Below are positions 1 through 10,180 of a DNA stretch of 64,000 bases, piece after piece. The stretch's first letter is position 1; the number at the start of each line of letters is the position of its first letter. The notes under the pieces were generated by a model that ran no database searches, was not told the DNA's origin, and worked only from the letters and a program-made list of their open reading frames with translations. Origin of the DNA: Candidatus Bathyarchaeia archaeon. GTDB lineage: Archaea; Thermoproteota; Bathyarchaeia; Bathyarchaeales; Bathycorpusculaceae. The position numbers and the translations under genes were made by a program. The stretch covers positions 1 to 64,000 of the forward strand of contig JBMFOB010000002.1 of NCBI GenBank assembly GCA_049969855.1. Direction: 5' to 3'.

Positions 1-1
1 G

Positions 2-316
2 TATGTTTTCCGCTGCTCTTCCCTGATGTACTGGAATAAAATATTTGAAGCCAAAAATGTCTTTCATCGCCTTCTCAAGTGAATAGTAGCTTTCGCTTCC
101 AGCGTAGGCTTGTGTTGTTGTTATCATGCCAGCCCATTGTTCGTCGCTCATGGCTGAGGTTCCGCTGTCCGTTAGGAGGTCTATGAAGACGTCTTCCACT
201 TTAAGCATAAAGACGTTGTAGCCAGCCTCTCTGATTAGGGCTTCACGTTTTTCTTTGGGGTGAAGTTTTATCTTTTCCACCATTTTTATTCTGAACGGTT
301 CAGGTAAACCAGACAT
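2..316 (-). CDS. tnaA: Tryptophanase / tyrosine phenol-lyase family (beta-eliminating lyase), 5' part; runs off window start
   Basis: Manual translation from ATG at 316: MSGLPEPFRIKMVEKI...VFIDLLTDSGTSAMSDEQWAGM...AYAGSESYY...PVHQGRAAENI, hallmark TnaA/Tpl motifs; not in the ORF track. TnaA vs Tpl not resolvable from this part. Confidence 0.85.
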   Translation of the reverse strand, partial: MSGLPEPFRIKMVEKIKLHPKEKREALIREAGYNVFMLKVEDVFIDLLTDSGTSAMSDEQWAGMITTTQAYAGSESYYSLEKAMKDIFGFKYFIPVHQGRAAENI

Positions 317-388
317 TTTCTTCAATCGTCCCTCTTGCTTAATTCTCAATTAAGGTTTTAGCTTATGTTAAGTTTAATAAAAGTTGAG

Positions 389-1423
389 TTATCCAAACCA
401 TTTTTCTAATGTTGTCTTTCCCCTAAGCTTGGTTATTCCGCTCTGCATTTTCTCTACAGCTTTTCTTACACGCTCTTCCGAGAAGTCTCTTTCTCTGCAG
501 ATGAAATTTATAATGCCTTCCATGTCTGGTTCTTTCCATTCTATTTTGTAGTTGTCAGTAACTTTCGGATGGAGAAAAATCTCCCTAATTTTTTGAGGTT
601 CAACTGGAAACTCTGCATTTTTCAGGTATTGCATGGCGTTTTCTATGTTTCCGTGTTCTTTTATCAGTTTTAAGGCAGTTTTTGGTCCTAAACCTTTAAC
701 GCCGTCTGGATTGAAGTCTGTTCCTATAAGTATTCCTACGTCGATTAACTGTTCATATGTTATGTTGCATTCTCTCAGAACATTTTCTAATTCCACAATT
801 TCTGGGATGACTTCAATGTAAACGTTTTTGCTTGGAAGCTTTCTCTTTCCAGAAATTGTCACGTTTCTTACAAGTCTTGGGGCGCCAAAAAGTAAGCTAT
901 CGTAATCTTGGCTTGCGCAGTAATCGGCATCTCCGCGTTTCACTAGGTGCGCTGCTTGGGCTTCGCCTTCGCTGGGTGCTTGAACCCATGGGATTCCCAT
1001 CAAATCTAGGAGTTTTTTGCTGTCTTCTGCCATGTAATCTTTTAGGCGTGATGTGGCTTGAGCGTACATTCGGGCTTCTTCGATTTTTCCTTCTTTTATG
1101 GCTTGTTCATATCTTATTAGGGCTTCTTCTTTTGCTTTCATGCGCCTCTTTATCTCAACTTCCTTAAGCGTAGGTGGGATTCCATCGAAAACGTAGATTG
1201 GTTTTATTCCCATTTCCACAAGGTTGCTTGTTCTGTAAAGGAGCCCGCTCAGGTGGCTTGTTATTCTTCCCATGGTATCTTTTAATGGTGTGCCGTCTGG
1301 TTGGCGGATTATGGCTAAAAACTGGTATAGGGCGTTATAAGCGTCTATGGCTATGGATTTTCCACTTAAATCTTCAAGTCTAACAATTTTTTTAGGAACC
1401 AAGTCTCGAAGGTTTACTCCCAA
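389..1423 (-). CDS. fen: Flap endonuclease 1
   Basis: IDAYNALYQFL, APSEGEAQAA, SQDYDSLLFG, GTDFN..G.GPKTAL; C-terminal PIP-like TTLEKWF. Confidence 0.97.
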   Translation of the reverse strand: MGVNLRDLVPKKIVRLEDLSGKSIAIDAYNALYQFLAIIRQPDGTPLKDTMGRITSHLSGLLYRTSNLVEMGIKPIYVFDGIPPTLKEVEIKRRMKAKEEALIRYEQAIKEGKIEEARMYAQATSRLKDYMAEDSKKLLDLMGIPWVQAPSEGEAQAAHLVKRGDADYCASQDYDSLLFGAPRLVRNVTISGKRKLPSKNVYIEVIPEIVELENVLRECNITYEQLIDVGILIGTDFNPDGVKGLGPKTALKLIKEHGNIENAMQYLKNAEFPVEPQKIREIFLHPKVTDNYKIEWKEPDMEGIINFICRERDFSEERVRKAVEKMQSGITKLRGKTTLEKWFG

Positions 1424-1529
1424 AACAACCCCGTGAAATATAGCATAAGACTATAATAATAAACTTGCGAAAAGCACACAAAATATAAGGAAGCTTTACA
1501 ATTACAAAAGCTATCAATGAGGAATAATA

Positions 1530-1718
1530 ATGGCGGAAAAAACTGCAACCCTAACCCTAGTAACATGCACAAGCTGTGGTAAACCCATAGCTCCAGGAAC
1601 AGAAGCCACAAAGTTTCTCTGTCCAAACTGTGGCGAAATTTTGATAAGGCGTTGTGGAAAGTGCAGAAAGTTTGGGCGTCCATATAAGTGTCCAAAATGT
1701 GGCTTTACTGGACCATAA
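1530..1718 (+). CDS. Small Zn-ribbon protein (HVO_2753 / DUF1610-like)
   Basis: Four CxxC pairs: [21 protein letters not shown]; family usually found next to aEF-1beta. Confidence 0.9.
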   Translation: MAEKTATLTLVTCTSCGKPIAPGTEATKFLCPNCGEILIRRCGKCRKFGRPYKCPKCGFTGP

Positions 1719-1750
1719 CTAAATAAGAAAAAAGTGGAAGTTGAAGCGGG

Positions 1751-3376
1751 CTACTCTGGCGGTATCTCGCTGAGCAGTGTTTTAAGGTCTATACCCATTT
1801 TCTTGTTCTTGTAAGCGTAGTAAATGTATAGGGCTAAGCCTATGCCTAAAACGAGACATGATATGAAAATATCTAAGGGCTGCATGCTCTGTGCGTTGGC
1901 GGCGAAGAAGAATATGCCCAAAGCAAAGGCGGCAACACCACATATGGCTGGAATCGGCACTCCAGCAACCTCAACTTTGATGCTTTCGTATATTTCAGGT
2001 TTTGTGATTGGCAGCAAAGCAAGGGCAAGTCCTGTGAATAAATAGCCAAGCAAATACATGAATGTTGCATTAATTCCGCCTGCCAAAGTTCTCAGTGGAC
2101 CCAACACTGGTGAAGAGATGATTATTCCTATGGCTCCTCCAACTATCATGAATAATATTGCCCATGTGGGTGTGTGGAATCTTTCGCTGACATTAGCAAA
2201 TCTTTCTGGAAATAGCCTATCAAAAGCCAAAGAGAACACTCGCCTTGTTTCCATCATTAATGCTGAGGGGTTTACGTGGTAAAGGCTGAAGGCGCCAGCA
2301 GTAGCTATCAAAAATGCAAGGAACACGTTTCCTCCAGCGAATAGAACGGCGAACATTGGTAGCACTGGTTCAATTTTAGGCGTGATTACAAAGTCGGCTT
2401 TCCCCTTGTAGTATGCCCAGCTATATTTGGCAATGAAATCTCCACCTGCATAAAATGCTGAAGCAGCCATAGTTATGTAAATAACAGCCGTTATGAGCGT
2501 ACCACCAATTATTCCTATCAGCAAGTTTCTCTTTGGATTCTTTATCTCGCCCGACCATTGAGCAGGGTTATGGAATCCAGAATAAGCGAAAAGGGCAGCA
2601 CCAGCCACTGCTCGAATTGTAGCGTCAAAGTTTGGTGCAGCTGGGCTATAATTATATTTTTGAGCTATTGCTAAAATCTCATTGTAAGAGCCAGTGCCCC
2701 AGACTGCATCCCATGCGCTTTGGAAGGATGCTGGATTGAATGGGTTAGCATAATTTAGGGCGATGCAAGCTAAGGCGCCTACTAGTGGAATAAACCATAT
2801 TACCGCTATGTATGCCTTGAATGCTGTTCCTCCTATTGTCAAGAAAAACCATATGGTTAAGAGTAGAAGGAACGCAATAGCCAGCGTTATCAAAGGATCT
2901 GGTGGTGACGCTAAGAATTTGCCAAGATCTAGTATTGCGGCGTTTCCAGTGCCTTTTCCAAGCATTAAAAAGGCGATGCCCCAAAGTCCAACGTCAGTTA
3001 CGAGCAAAAACCCTATTGAGAACCATCTGCCCAGAAAGTTTCCTATTGTTACAACGTAGCCAAGCGCTGGGTTTGTTGTTCTTGATATGAAAACGTAGTC
3101 TCCTCCAGCCCTTGGCATGCATGAGGCAAGCCATGCGTATGATATGGCGAAGAAGAAGGCTGGAATCAATCCGATTATGAAAGCCAGTGTTGGGTCTGAG
3201 CCTGGATAGCTATACGGCATTCTTACTGATAGTCCCCAGATTCCTGCTCCTATCATGTTGTTCATTGCCATCATAAGTGCCATCATTGGACCGAATTCTC
3301 TGACAAGCCCAGTAGCCTCTCTTACAAAAGTTGCTTTAGACAATTTTCTCCTCTCCAGATTGCACAATTTTTTCAT
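1751..3376 (-). CDS. APC-family amino acid permease
   Basis: FVREATGLVRE N-terminus, MPRAGGDYVFISR, GEIKNPKR, R.VFSLAFDR.FP...V..RFHTP; about 12-14 hydrophobic segments. Confidence 0.92.
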   Translation of the reverse strand: MKKLCNLERRKLSKATFVREATGLVREFGPMMALMMAMNNMIGAGIWGLSVRMPYSYPGSDPTLAFIIGLIPAFFFAISYAWLASCMPRAGGDYVFISRTTNPALGYVVTIGNFLGRWFSIGFLLVTDVGLWGIAFLMLGKGTGNAAILDLGKFLASPPDPLITLAIAFLLLLTIWFFLTIGGTAFKAYIAVIWFIPLVGALACIALNYANPFNPASFQSAWDAVWGTGSYNEILAIAQKYNYSPAAPNFDATIRAVAGAALFAYSGFHNPAQWSGEIKNPKRNLLIGIIGGTLITAVIYITMAASAFYAGGDFIAKYSWAYYKGKADFVITPKIEPVLPMFAVLFAGGNVFLAFLIATAGAFSLYHVNPSALMMETRRVFSLAFDRLFPERFANVSERFHTPTWAILFMIVGGAIGIIISSPVLGPLRTLAGGINATFMYLLGYLFTGLALALLPITKPEIYESIKVEVAGVPIPAICGVAAFALGIFFFAANAQSMQPLDIFISCLVLGIGLALYIYYAYKNKKMGIDLKTLLSEIPPE

Positions 3377-3460
3377 TATATATTTGTGTGTTTATAAGCC
3401 TTTTTTAGCAACGTTCACTTTTTATGTAATTTTAAAGGAAACTTTTTATTAAATAGAAAA

Positions 3461-4402
3461 TTAGCAAGCCACCCTCCAGTGTCCCTGAACCGTATCTCCA
3501 CTCAAGAAAACAATGTAACCACGCAAAATACCCTCAGCATATTCGGAACCAGGATTAACACAAAGCGTTCTACCAAACCTTTTGAAACCAGCAGACTCAT
3601 GAATATGCCCATGTAACCCCAAAAGAGGCTTATACTTCTCAATCATGTGTCTCACGGCTTTGCTGCCAATAGGCGCCAAATCCACTCCTCCCCCGAAGCG
3701 AACTTTAACTGAAAAGTCCTCTTTCAGTCTTGGCGCTGTGTCAAGCCCAGAATTGTATGGTGGCGCGTGAAAGTTGCATATGAGCTTCTCATAATTTTCA
3801 GCTTTAGCCATTAACTCCTCTAACATGGGTTCAAGCTTTTCATCTGGCGCCTCTCTAGTGGTTTTCCATGGAGTAGGATTAACCCAACCGCATGTGACCA
3901 TTTGATATCCGTCTGGAAGATGGACAAGTTTCATTTCGCATGCAACTACAGAGTCGCTTTTCTCAAGTATTTCATCAACAACTAAGCGGTCATCATTTCC
4001 AGGAGAAACATAAAGCAGTGATTTTCCCTTGAAGTTTTCAGAGGCGAGGTTCATCCAATGTTGCATGCGTTCCATCATGAGGCGGTTGAAAAGGTCTTTT
4101 TGGGCTTGGGGGTCGTTGTTTAATTGTTCAATTTCTCCTTTTTCGCATGGATATGGATAGTAACCTGAATTTGCTATTTTTGCGCTTTCTTCTTGAAGTT
4201 GATTTGCCGCAATTCTGATGTGTCTGCCAAAAATTTCATATGAATATTCATTTCCTTCCCTAACCATTGGAATAACCATTTTTCCAGTTAAATCTCCGCC
4301 TAAAATTGCTATGTCAACCTTAAAATGTTCAATCACTTTCAAAAACTTCTTCCAACAGACATCGCTTCCGTGAACGTCAGATGCAAAGAAGAGTTTCAGC
4401 AA
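3461..4402 (-). CDS. Calcineurin-like (Icc-related) metallophosphoesterase
   Basis: SDVHGS, GGDLTGK, PGNDD, HAPPY, LHGHIHE, NPGSEY motifs. Confidence 0.9.
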   Translation of the reverse strand: MLKLFFASDVHGSDVCWKKFLKVIEHFKVDIAILGGDLTGKMVIPMVREGNEYSYEIFGRHIRIAANQLQEESAKIANSGYYPYPCEKGEIEQLNNDPQAQKDLFNRLMMERMQHWMNLASENFKGKSLLYVSPGNDDRLVVDEILEKSDSVVACEMKLVHLPDGYQMVTCGWVNPTPWKTTREAPDEKLEPMLEELMAKAENYEKLICNFHAPPYNSGLDTAPRLKEDFSVKVRFGGGVDLAPIGSKAVRHMIEKYKPLLGLHGHIHESAGFKRFGRTLCVNPGSEYAEGILRGYIVFLSGDTVQGHWRVAC

Positions 4403-4534
4403 CCATCTTCATCTCCAGACTTTAGTTCTAATGAGAATTTTCAGTGAAATATACTTTATGGAACAGCAAAATATTGCGTTTGCGACTTGTGGTTTTACCA
4501 ATAACTTTTTCTGTTTTCCCCCATAATGTAATGT

Positions 4535-5629
4535 TTGGGAGACTCAGTGGTGCATTGCATTCTCTTTACGGACTATGATGGCACAACTTACGAAGTTGAA
4601 ACGCCATTAACTTCAAAAATCAGCTACGAAAATATTAGAAAAAGCCTCGAAATCCCAGATTATGTTGATAAATCAAGTTTCACCATGGAAAGGGGTTTAG
4701 TTACTGTTTGGGCAGGGCTTAATGCTCACCGAGTTAAAGAACTTTTTCCAGCCGTAAACCTTCAAAAGCAGATTAAAGAACCCATATCAACGCTGTTTTT
4801 TGGTGGAGCAGCAGTTCGCATGTTATCTCCAAGCGCAAATAACCCCTCAAGCCCATTCTTCCGCGAATTAAATGACATAGACTTAATTGCACCTAAAAGC
4901 CGTGCACAAGACCTATACAAACTGCTGTTGTCTCTGGGTGAACTTTGCGGAACAAGATATTACCATTTTGTAGCTCGTTCCGATTGCAGATTTAATGCTA
5001 TGAGGGCTGGAAAACGCTATCGTGTTAGAACCATCGAGAAAATACTTAAGGATGGCTCCCTGCAGTGTGGCGTACTTGACATATTCACCGATGCAGTGGA
5101 TCTTAGGCATAAAGTTGATATCCGCGAAGAATTCAACGTTCCAAAAGAAAATTTGTACACGATAGGCGTGGACAATGTAATTCTTTCCAAGTGTCAATTC
5201 ATCTTTGACGTTCCAATTTCCGACAGAGATGAACTTGCCAGTCAACATATGAGTTATCGGATTCTAAACTACCCCTACTATAAAAGTGACCGCCTTCTAA
5301 TAGGCATAGAAGAGAAGGACATGAAGGACATATGCGCGTTATTCTTTGACCACGAAATCGGCAATGGAAAAAGTAACATAAACCCAGAAAAAATGCGCAG
5401 GATTCTCGAAAAAGACAAGAAGTTCGCCCTAACCTTTCGGCTTAATTTAGAAAATATACTGAGAAACGAAGCAGTTCTTCAAGAAATAGGGCTTTCCAAG
5501 GCGGATATTACAAAAATCTTCTCCCGCATCCAAAAAGTCTTAGAAATAGTGCCGAAAGTGGAGAAGAAATGGAGCAGTCCATGGTGGAACGTTGATGTTG
5601 AAACTCCGCAAATATTTGGAAAAGCTTGA
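4535..5629 (+). CDS. Putative Pol-beta-superfamily nucleotidyltransferase, uncharacterised
   Basis: FFGGAAV...RELNDIDL (hGG...DxD), later LDIF and EEKDMKD. Confidence 0.6.
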   Translation: MGDSVVHCILFTDYDGTTYEVETPLTSKISYENIRKSLEIPDYVDKSSFTMERGLVTVWAGLNAHRVKELFPAVNLQKQIKEPISTLFFGGAAVRMLSPSANNPSSPFFRELNDIDLIAPKSRAQDLYKLLLSLGELCGTRYYHFVARSDCRFNAMRAGKRYRVRTIEKILKDGSLQCGVLDIFTDAVDLRHKVDIREEFNVPKENLYTIGVDNVILSKCQFIFDVPISDRDELASQHMSYRILNYPYYKSDRLLIGIEEKDMKDICALFFDHEIGNGKSNINPEKMRRILEKDKKFALTFRLNLENILRNEAVLQEIGLSKADITKIFSRIQKVLEIVPKVEKKWSSPWWNVDVETPQIFGKA

Positions 5630-5642
5630 ACCCATAAACTTT

Positions 5643-6902
5643 TTACGTTGCGGATTTTGGTTTCTTGTATATTACGCCCTCTTTCATGACAAACTCTACA
5701 TTCTTAAGAGCGTTGATATCAATTAGGGGGTTACCCTTCACTCCTACCACGTCTGCAAGTTTTCCCTTCTCCACCGTGCCAACGCTTTTCTCGATTCCTA
5801 TGCATTCAGCAGCATTTTTTGTGGCAGCAAGTATTGCATCCATCGGTGTCATACCATACTTAACCATAGTTATGGGTTCAGCAGCATTCTCTCCATGCGC
5901 TCTCATCGGAGGTCCAAAAAAGTCTGATCCTGTGGCGATTTTCACTCCAGCCTTATATGCCATCATGAAGCTTTTCGGCATGGCATCTATGCATTCCTCT
6001 TGTTTTCTAAGTCTCCAAGGAGGCATGTCTAAGGGTTTCTCTAAGGATTTCTTGTAAACTTCCACCAGACATAATGTTGGTACAAAGAAAACATCGTGCT
6101 CAAGCATCATCTGCACTGACTCCTCATCTAAGAAATAACCATGCTCAACAGAGTCAACGCCACCAGCAATTGCAATTTTTACGCCTTCTGCTCCCTCAGC
6201 GTGTGAAGCCACTCTTCTCCCAATTCTATGAGCTTCTTCAGTTATTGCCTTCACTTCCTCCACAGTAAATTGCGGATAACGCGGATCATCCTTCTCAGAG
6301 CCAACGCCGCCTGAAGTCATTATCTTTATCACATCTGCCCCATCTCGCAGGGCTTCTCTGGCAGCACGGCGGCAATCATCTGGTCCGTCAGCCAGTAAAA
6401 CCCCCATTTTTAGGACTTCTTCCCTTGGCAAATAATGAATGTCAGAATGCCCTCCAGTCTGCGAAATTGTTCTTCCGGCTGCAAATATTCTTGGTCCAAT
6501 AATGGTTCCTTCGTTAATTGCCTTTTTAAGAGATAAGGATATTGAGCTTCCAAGATCCCTCACCATTGTGAATCCAGCTTTTAAGAGTTTTTGGCAGTCC
6601 TCGACAGCCCTAATCACTTTGAGGTCATGGGGAACTATTATGTCCTCAGCTGGACTGTAGCTTCTCTCACCTAAAATATGAACGTGTGCGTCTGTTAGTC
6701 CTGGTAAAAGTGTTAAGTCTTCTAGGTCGACAATTTTTGCATCTCCAATTGTTTCAATTTCTCCCTCTTTGCCAACGTCGCTGATTTTGTCTCCTTTGAC
6801 AACGATTACGGGGTTAGCCATAGGGTCTTTTCCTGTGCCGTCGATGAGAAGTTTTGCTTTTATGTAAATTGTTTCTTCTTTCTTTTTCTCCATTTTGTTC
6901 AC
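5643..6902 (-). CDS. Metal-dependent amidohydrolase (Xaa-Pro dipeptidase-like)
   Basis: LPGLTDAHVH, GFT.VRDLG, GADVIK, ASHAEG, SVEHG, GSD motifs. Confidence 0.9.
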   Translation of the reverse strand: MNKMEKKKEETIYIKAKLLIDGTGKDPMANPVIVVKGDKISDVGKEGEIETIGDAKIVDLEDLTLLPGLTDAHVHILGERSYSPAEDIIVPHDLKVIRAVEDCQKLLKAGFTMVRDLGSSISLSLKKAINEGTIIGPRIFAAGRTISQTGGHSDIHYLPREEVLKMGVLLADGPDDCRRAAREALRDGADVIKIMTSGGVGSEKDDPRYPQFTVEEVKAITEEAHRIGRRVASHAEGAEGVKIAIAGGVDSVEHGYFLDEESVQMMLEHDVFFVPTLCLVEVYKKSLEKPLDMPPWRLRKQEECIDAMPKSFMMAYKAGVKIATGSDFFGPPMRAHGENAAEPITMVKYGMTPMDAILAATKNAAECIGIEKSVGTVEKGKLADVVGVKGNPLIDINALKNVEFVMKEGVIYKKPKSAT

Positions 6903-6905
6903 CTC

Positions 6906-8522
6906 CTACGCTTTTTCATGGGTAAGGCGCAAAACTTTTCCAGGTAAGGCTTTCGTGTGTTCTCCATGTTCTATAACTATTTTTCCGTTAACAATTACGT
7001 ACTCCATTCCTTTTGGATAGCGATGGGGTTCCGCATAAGTGGCTTCGTCTGATATAACGTTTGGGTTAAAGGTGACGATGTCTGCGCACATGCCTTTTCT
7101 TATGATTCCTCTGTCAAACAGTTTAAGCTTGTTTGCAGGCAGCGAGGTCATTTTTCTTATGGCTTCTTCAAGCCTTAAAATGCCAAATTCGTTAACGTAT
7201 CTTTTGATGACTCTGGGGAATGTTCCATAAGCTCTTGGATGTGGTTTACCTTTGCTGAGAAGGCCGTATGTTGCTTGGATTGAGGCGTCTGAACCCACCA
7301 TTGACAGTGGATGGCTTAGAACTGTGCAAACATCTCCTTCCCTCATCGTAAACCTTACAACTTCCGTTGAGGCTTCCTCTTCGATTAACAAGTTAAAAAC
7401 GAATTCAAAAGGGTCAACATTAAGCGAATCGCATATTTCCTTAATCATTTTTCCCTCATACTCCGGATGCTTTTTAGAGTATGAAATCATTATAGCATCC
7501 CACCCGGCGCTTATGAAGGGACTTGGCCAATTTGGCAATCCATTAACCATTTCTTCCTTAATCTTTCCTACCCAATCAGAATCTCTAAGCCTCTCCAAAA
7601 TTTTGTCAACACCGCCTTCATGGGCTTCTGGTGGGAGAAGAGCGCTCAACCCAAAGCTGGCTGCAGTATACGGATAAACATCGCAGGTTACATCCACGCC
7701 TCTTTCTCTGGCTTCCTCTATCATCCGCAAAGTTGTTTTAACCTTGCCCCAAGCTAGTTTTCCATGAGCCTTATGATGGGATATCTCCACTGACACGCCA
7801 GCTTTTTCGCCTATTTCAATTGCCTCCCTAACAGAGTTAACGAGTCTCGGTCCGTCTTCGCCTCTAATGTGAGAAGCGTATATTCCGCCATATTTTGCCA
7901 CAACTTTAGCCAACTCTATTATCTCCATTGTGTCAGCATAACTGCTTGGCGGATAAATGAGGCCCGTTGATAAACCGAAGGCTCCAGCCTTCATGGCTTC
8001 CTCCGTATTCCTCCTCATCTCTTCTAATTGCTCTTCTGTAGGAGGCTTGTTCTCATATCCCATGGTGAGCACTCGAATGTTCTGATGCCCAACCAGAGCA
8101 GCCACATTTATGGATAATCCTGGTTCTTCTAAGATTTTAAAGAATTCATCCATTTTTGACCAGTCTAATGCTATTCCAGCTTCCTCTAAGATTGGGGTCT
8201 CTCTTCTAATATCTTTCCTCAACTCATCGTTTAAAGGCGCTGCTGAATTGCCACAGTTTCCTATAACTTCGGTTGTTACTCCCTGTCTCACTTTGCCCTC
8301 AGCATACCTGTTTATGAGTAGGGCAAAATCTGAGTGCGAGTGCATGTCTATAAAACCTGGACAAACTATCATATTATTAGCGTCTAAGACAACATCTGCA
8401 GAATTCGAATTTAAATCGCCAATATCGGTTATTCGTCCCTTTTCAATTGCTATGTCAGCGTTAAACCATGGATTGCCGCTTCCGTCGACAACTTTGCCAC
8501 CCTTTATTAATATATCCCACAT
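6906..8522 (-). CDS. N-acyl-D-amino-acid deacylase (D-aminoacylase) family
   Basis: PGFIDMHSHSD, GVTTEVIGNCG, STGLIYPP, SHIRGE, SHHKA, GSDA, HPRAYGTFPR. Confidence 0.93.
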   Translation of the reverse strand: MWDILIKGGKVVDGSGNPWFNADIAIEKGRITDIGDLNSNSADVVLDANNMIVCPGFIDMHSHSDFALLINRYAEGKVRQGVTTEVIGNCGNSAAPLNDELRKDIRRETPILEEAGIALDWSKMDEFFKILEEPGLSINVAALVGHQNIRVLTMGYENKPPTEEQLEEMRRNTEEAMKAGAFGLSTGLIYPPSSYADTMEIIELAKVVAKYGGIYASHIRGEDGPRLVNSVREAIEIGEKAGVSVEISHHKAHGKLAWGKVKTTLRMIEEARERGVDVTCDVYPYTAASFGLSALLPPEAHEGGVDKILERLRDSDWVGKIKEEMVNGLPNWPSPFISAGWDAIMISYSKKHPEYEGKMIKEICDSLNVDPFEFVFNLLIEEEASTEVVRFTMREGDVCTVLSHPLSMVGSDASIQATYGLLSKGKPHPRAYGTFPRVIKRYVNEFGILRLEEAIRKMTSLPANKLKLFDRGIIRKGMCADIVTFNPNVISDEATYAEPHRYPKGMEYVIVNGKIVIEHGEHTKALPGKVLRLTHEKA

Positions 8523-8663
8523 GAAACCAACCTTCTGAAAGTGGCTTTTTGTACAAACGAGAATTTAAGTTTAAAATGGTTTAGACTTGAAATTTCATGT
8601 TCCTCTAAAGGTTTATAACATTTAATGGCGAAAAGAGTAAAGAATCATGCCATAAAAAGATGA

Positions 8664-9029
8664 ATGCAGATGGAAATTACCGCTGATGAGAAGAAGCTTA
8701 CGATTCAAGACGATAAGTTAATCGTGACAAGCGAGTCTCTGAAGGAAGAGTATAATCTTTCAGAACTTGTTAAAATTGGTTTAAAAAGAAAATTTAGCAA
8801 GCCTCTTTTAGCCTTGGCAGTTATATGTGCAATGCTAAGTTTATTTAACGCTGAAAACCCATTTTATTTGATATTAACACTTCTAATATTCATATCAGCC
8901 ATTTTTTTGAGAGAGGAAAACATAATTTTAGTGTTTAAAGATAAAACCTTAATTCTGAGGCGCTTGGAGAAAAAGAAACGCAAGGAATTTTTGGCATATT
9001 TAAAGAGTTATTTAGGAAAAACATCTTAG
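8664..9029 (+). CDS. Small hypothetical membrane protein (2 TM)
   Basis: 121 aa ORF with two adjacent hydrophobic segments; fills the gap between convergent genes. Confidence 0.6.
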   Translation: MQMEITADEKKLTIQDDKLIVTSESLKEEYNLSELVKIGLKRKFSKPLLALAVICAMLSLFNAENPFYLILTLLIFISAIFLREENIILVFKDKTLILRRLEKKKRKEFLAYLKSYLGKTS

Positions 9030-10180
9030 TCTGCTACAATTTCAACATTGGCTCTTGGAACTAAAACTTTTCTTCCATCTAACAGTTCTATTCTAACAAC
9101 TCTCACGAGGGATTCTGTTTCTATTTTATTCAATTCTATGGGAAGTTCTATGACTTTTCCAACAGCCCCAAAATATGGAAACCTTATTATTCTAACTATG
9201 CTTCCAACTTTCATTTTTCCTTCTTCAAGTTCTTTTTCTCTTCTGGCACGTTCGCTGACTTCTAATGGTATTATTATTTCTGGTCTCAGAACGCCTGCTC
9301 TAACCTGAGTTGTGCCGTTAATTGCCGCTATTCTTCCTTCATTTTCTTTTAATATTCTGAAAGTGTTTTCAGACATTGGCAGTTTTCCAAATCCTTCTGT
9401 GAGAATTAACGTGAAATCTATGTCTTCTCTACCTGTTATGGCTACTCCTATCCTTGTTTTGAGAATGTTCTCCAAATCTTCCATTCTGGCTCCTCCCACA
9501 ACTATTCCATTCACTTTTATTTTTCTGGCTTTTTCTAGGGCTTCATAGGTTACGAGGGAGCCTCCAACAATTATTTTTCCAGCATCATTCTCCGTTATCA
9601 TGTCAGCCTCAAGAACTTGCTCCGGGTTTGACACAGCCATCTTGAGCTCTCCGAATCTTTCTCCGGAGAAGCCTATTATTCCTTGAATGAAGGCTGCGTA
9701 AGTTCCTATTACGGCTGCCTCGTTAGGCATTACTTCGTCAACTTTTCCTTTAATGTAGGCTTTAACTTCCACATTTTTTGGGGGTTCCCTTATTGTTAAG
9801 TGGCCTGTAATCTCGTTTATTCGTTCTATTACGCCGCTTACTTCTGCGGTTACTTTCTTGTTTATTAGTCCGAATAAGGATGTGTGTCTTGCTAAGAGTT
9901 CTCCTTTACTTACGTTTTCTCCTTCCTTCTTTAGTATGTAGCGTACGGTTTCTTCTGGGTCTACATCTAAGAGTTCTGCTATCTTAACGATGTATGGTGC
10001 TCCTTCTATGCAGCATGTGGCGACGGTTGTGTCGAAATTGACGTTTTCTCCCTTTTTAACGAGGATTTCGCCTTTTAAGGGTAGGCTGCGTATTCTCCTT
10101 ATGTAGGTGCATGGGGTTACCTTTAATCCTGGAGTGTAAGCGAAGCTTTCTTTGGAAGTTTTCATAGTTGGCTTCTCCAT
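9026..10180 (-). CDS. Conserved hypothetical protein with barrel-sandwich-hybrid (lipoyl/RnfC/NqrA-N-like) repeats; partner of GlmL-like protein
   Basis: AYTPGLKV; LVKKGENV and ILKKEGENVSKGELLA...TAEVSGVIE hybrid motifs; GVAITGRE, TEGFG, INGTTQVRAGVLRPE, C-terminal VPRANVE; overlaps the glmL-like stop. Confidence 0.75.
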   Translation of the reverse strand: MEKPTMKTSKESFAYTPGLKVTPCTYIRRIRSLPLKGEILVKKGENVNFDTTVATCCIEGAPYIVKIAELLDVDPEETVRYILKKEGENVSKGELLARHTSLFGLINKKVTAEVSGVIERINEITGHLTIREPPKNVEVKAYIKGKVDEVMPNEAAVIGTYAAFIQGIIGFSGERFGELKMAVSNPEQVLEADMITENDAGKIIVGGSLVTYEALEKARKIKVNGIVVGGARMEDLENILKTRIGVAITGREDIDFTLILTEGFGKLPMSENTFRILKENEGRIAAINGTTQVRAGVLRPEIIIPLEVSERARREKELEEGKMKVGSIVRIIRFPYFGAVGKVIELPIELNKIETESLVRVVRIELLDGRKVLVPRANVEIVAD

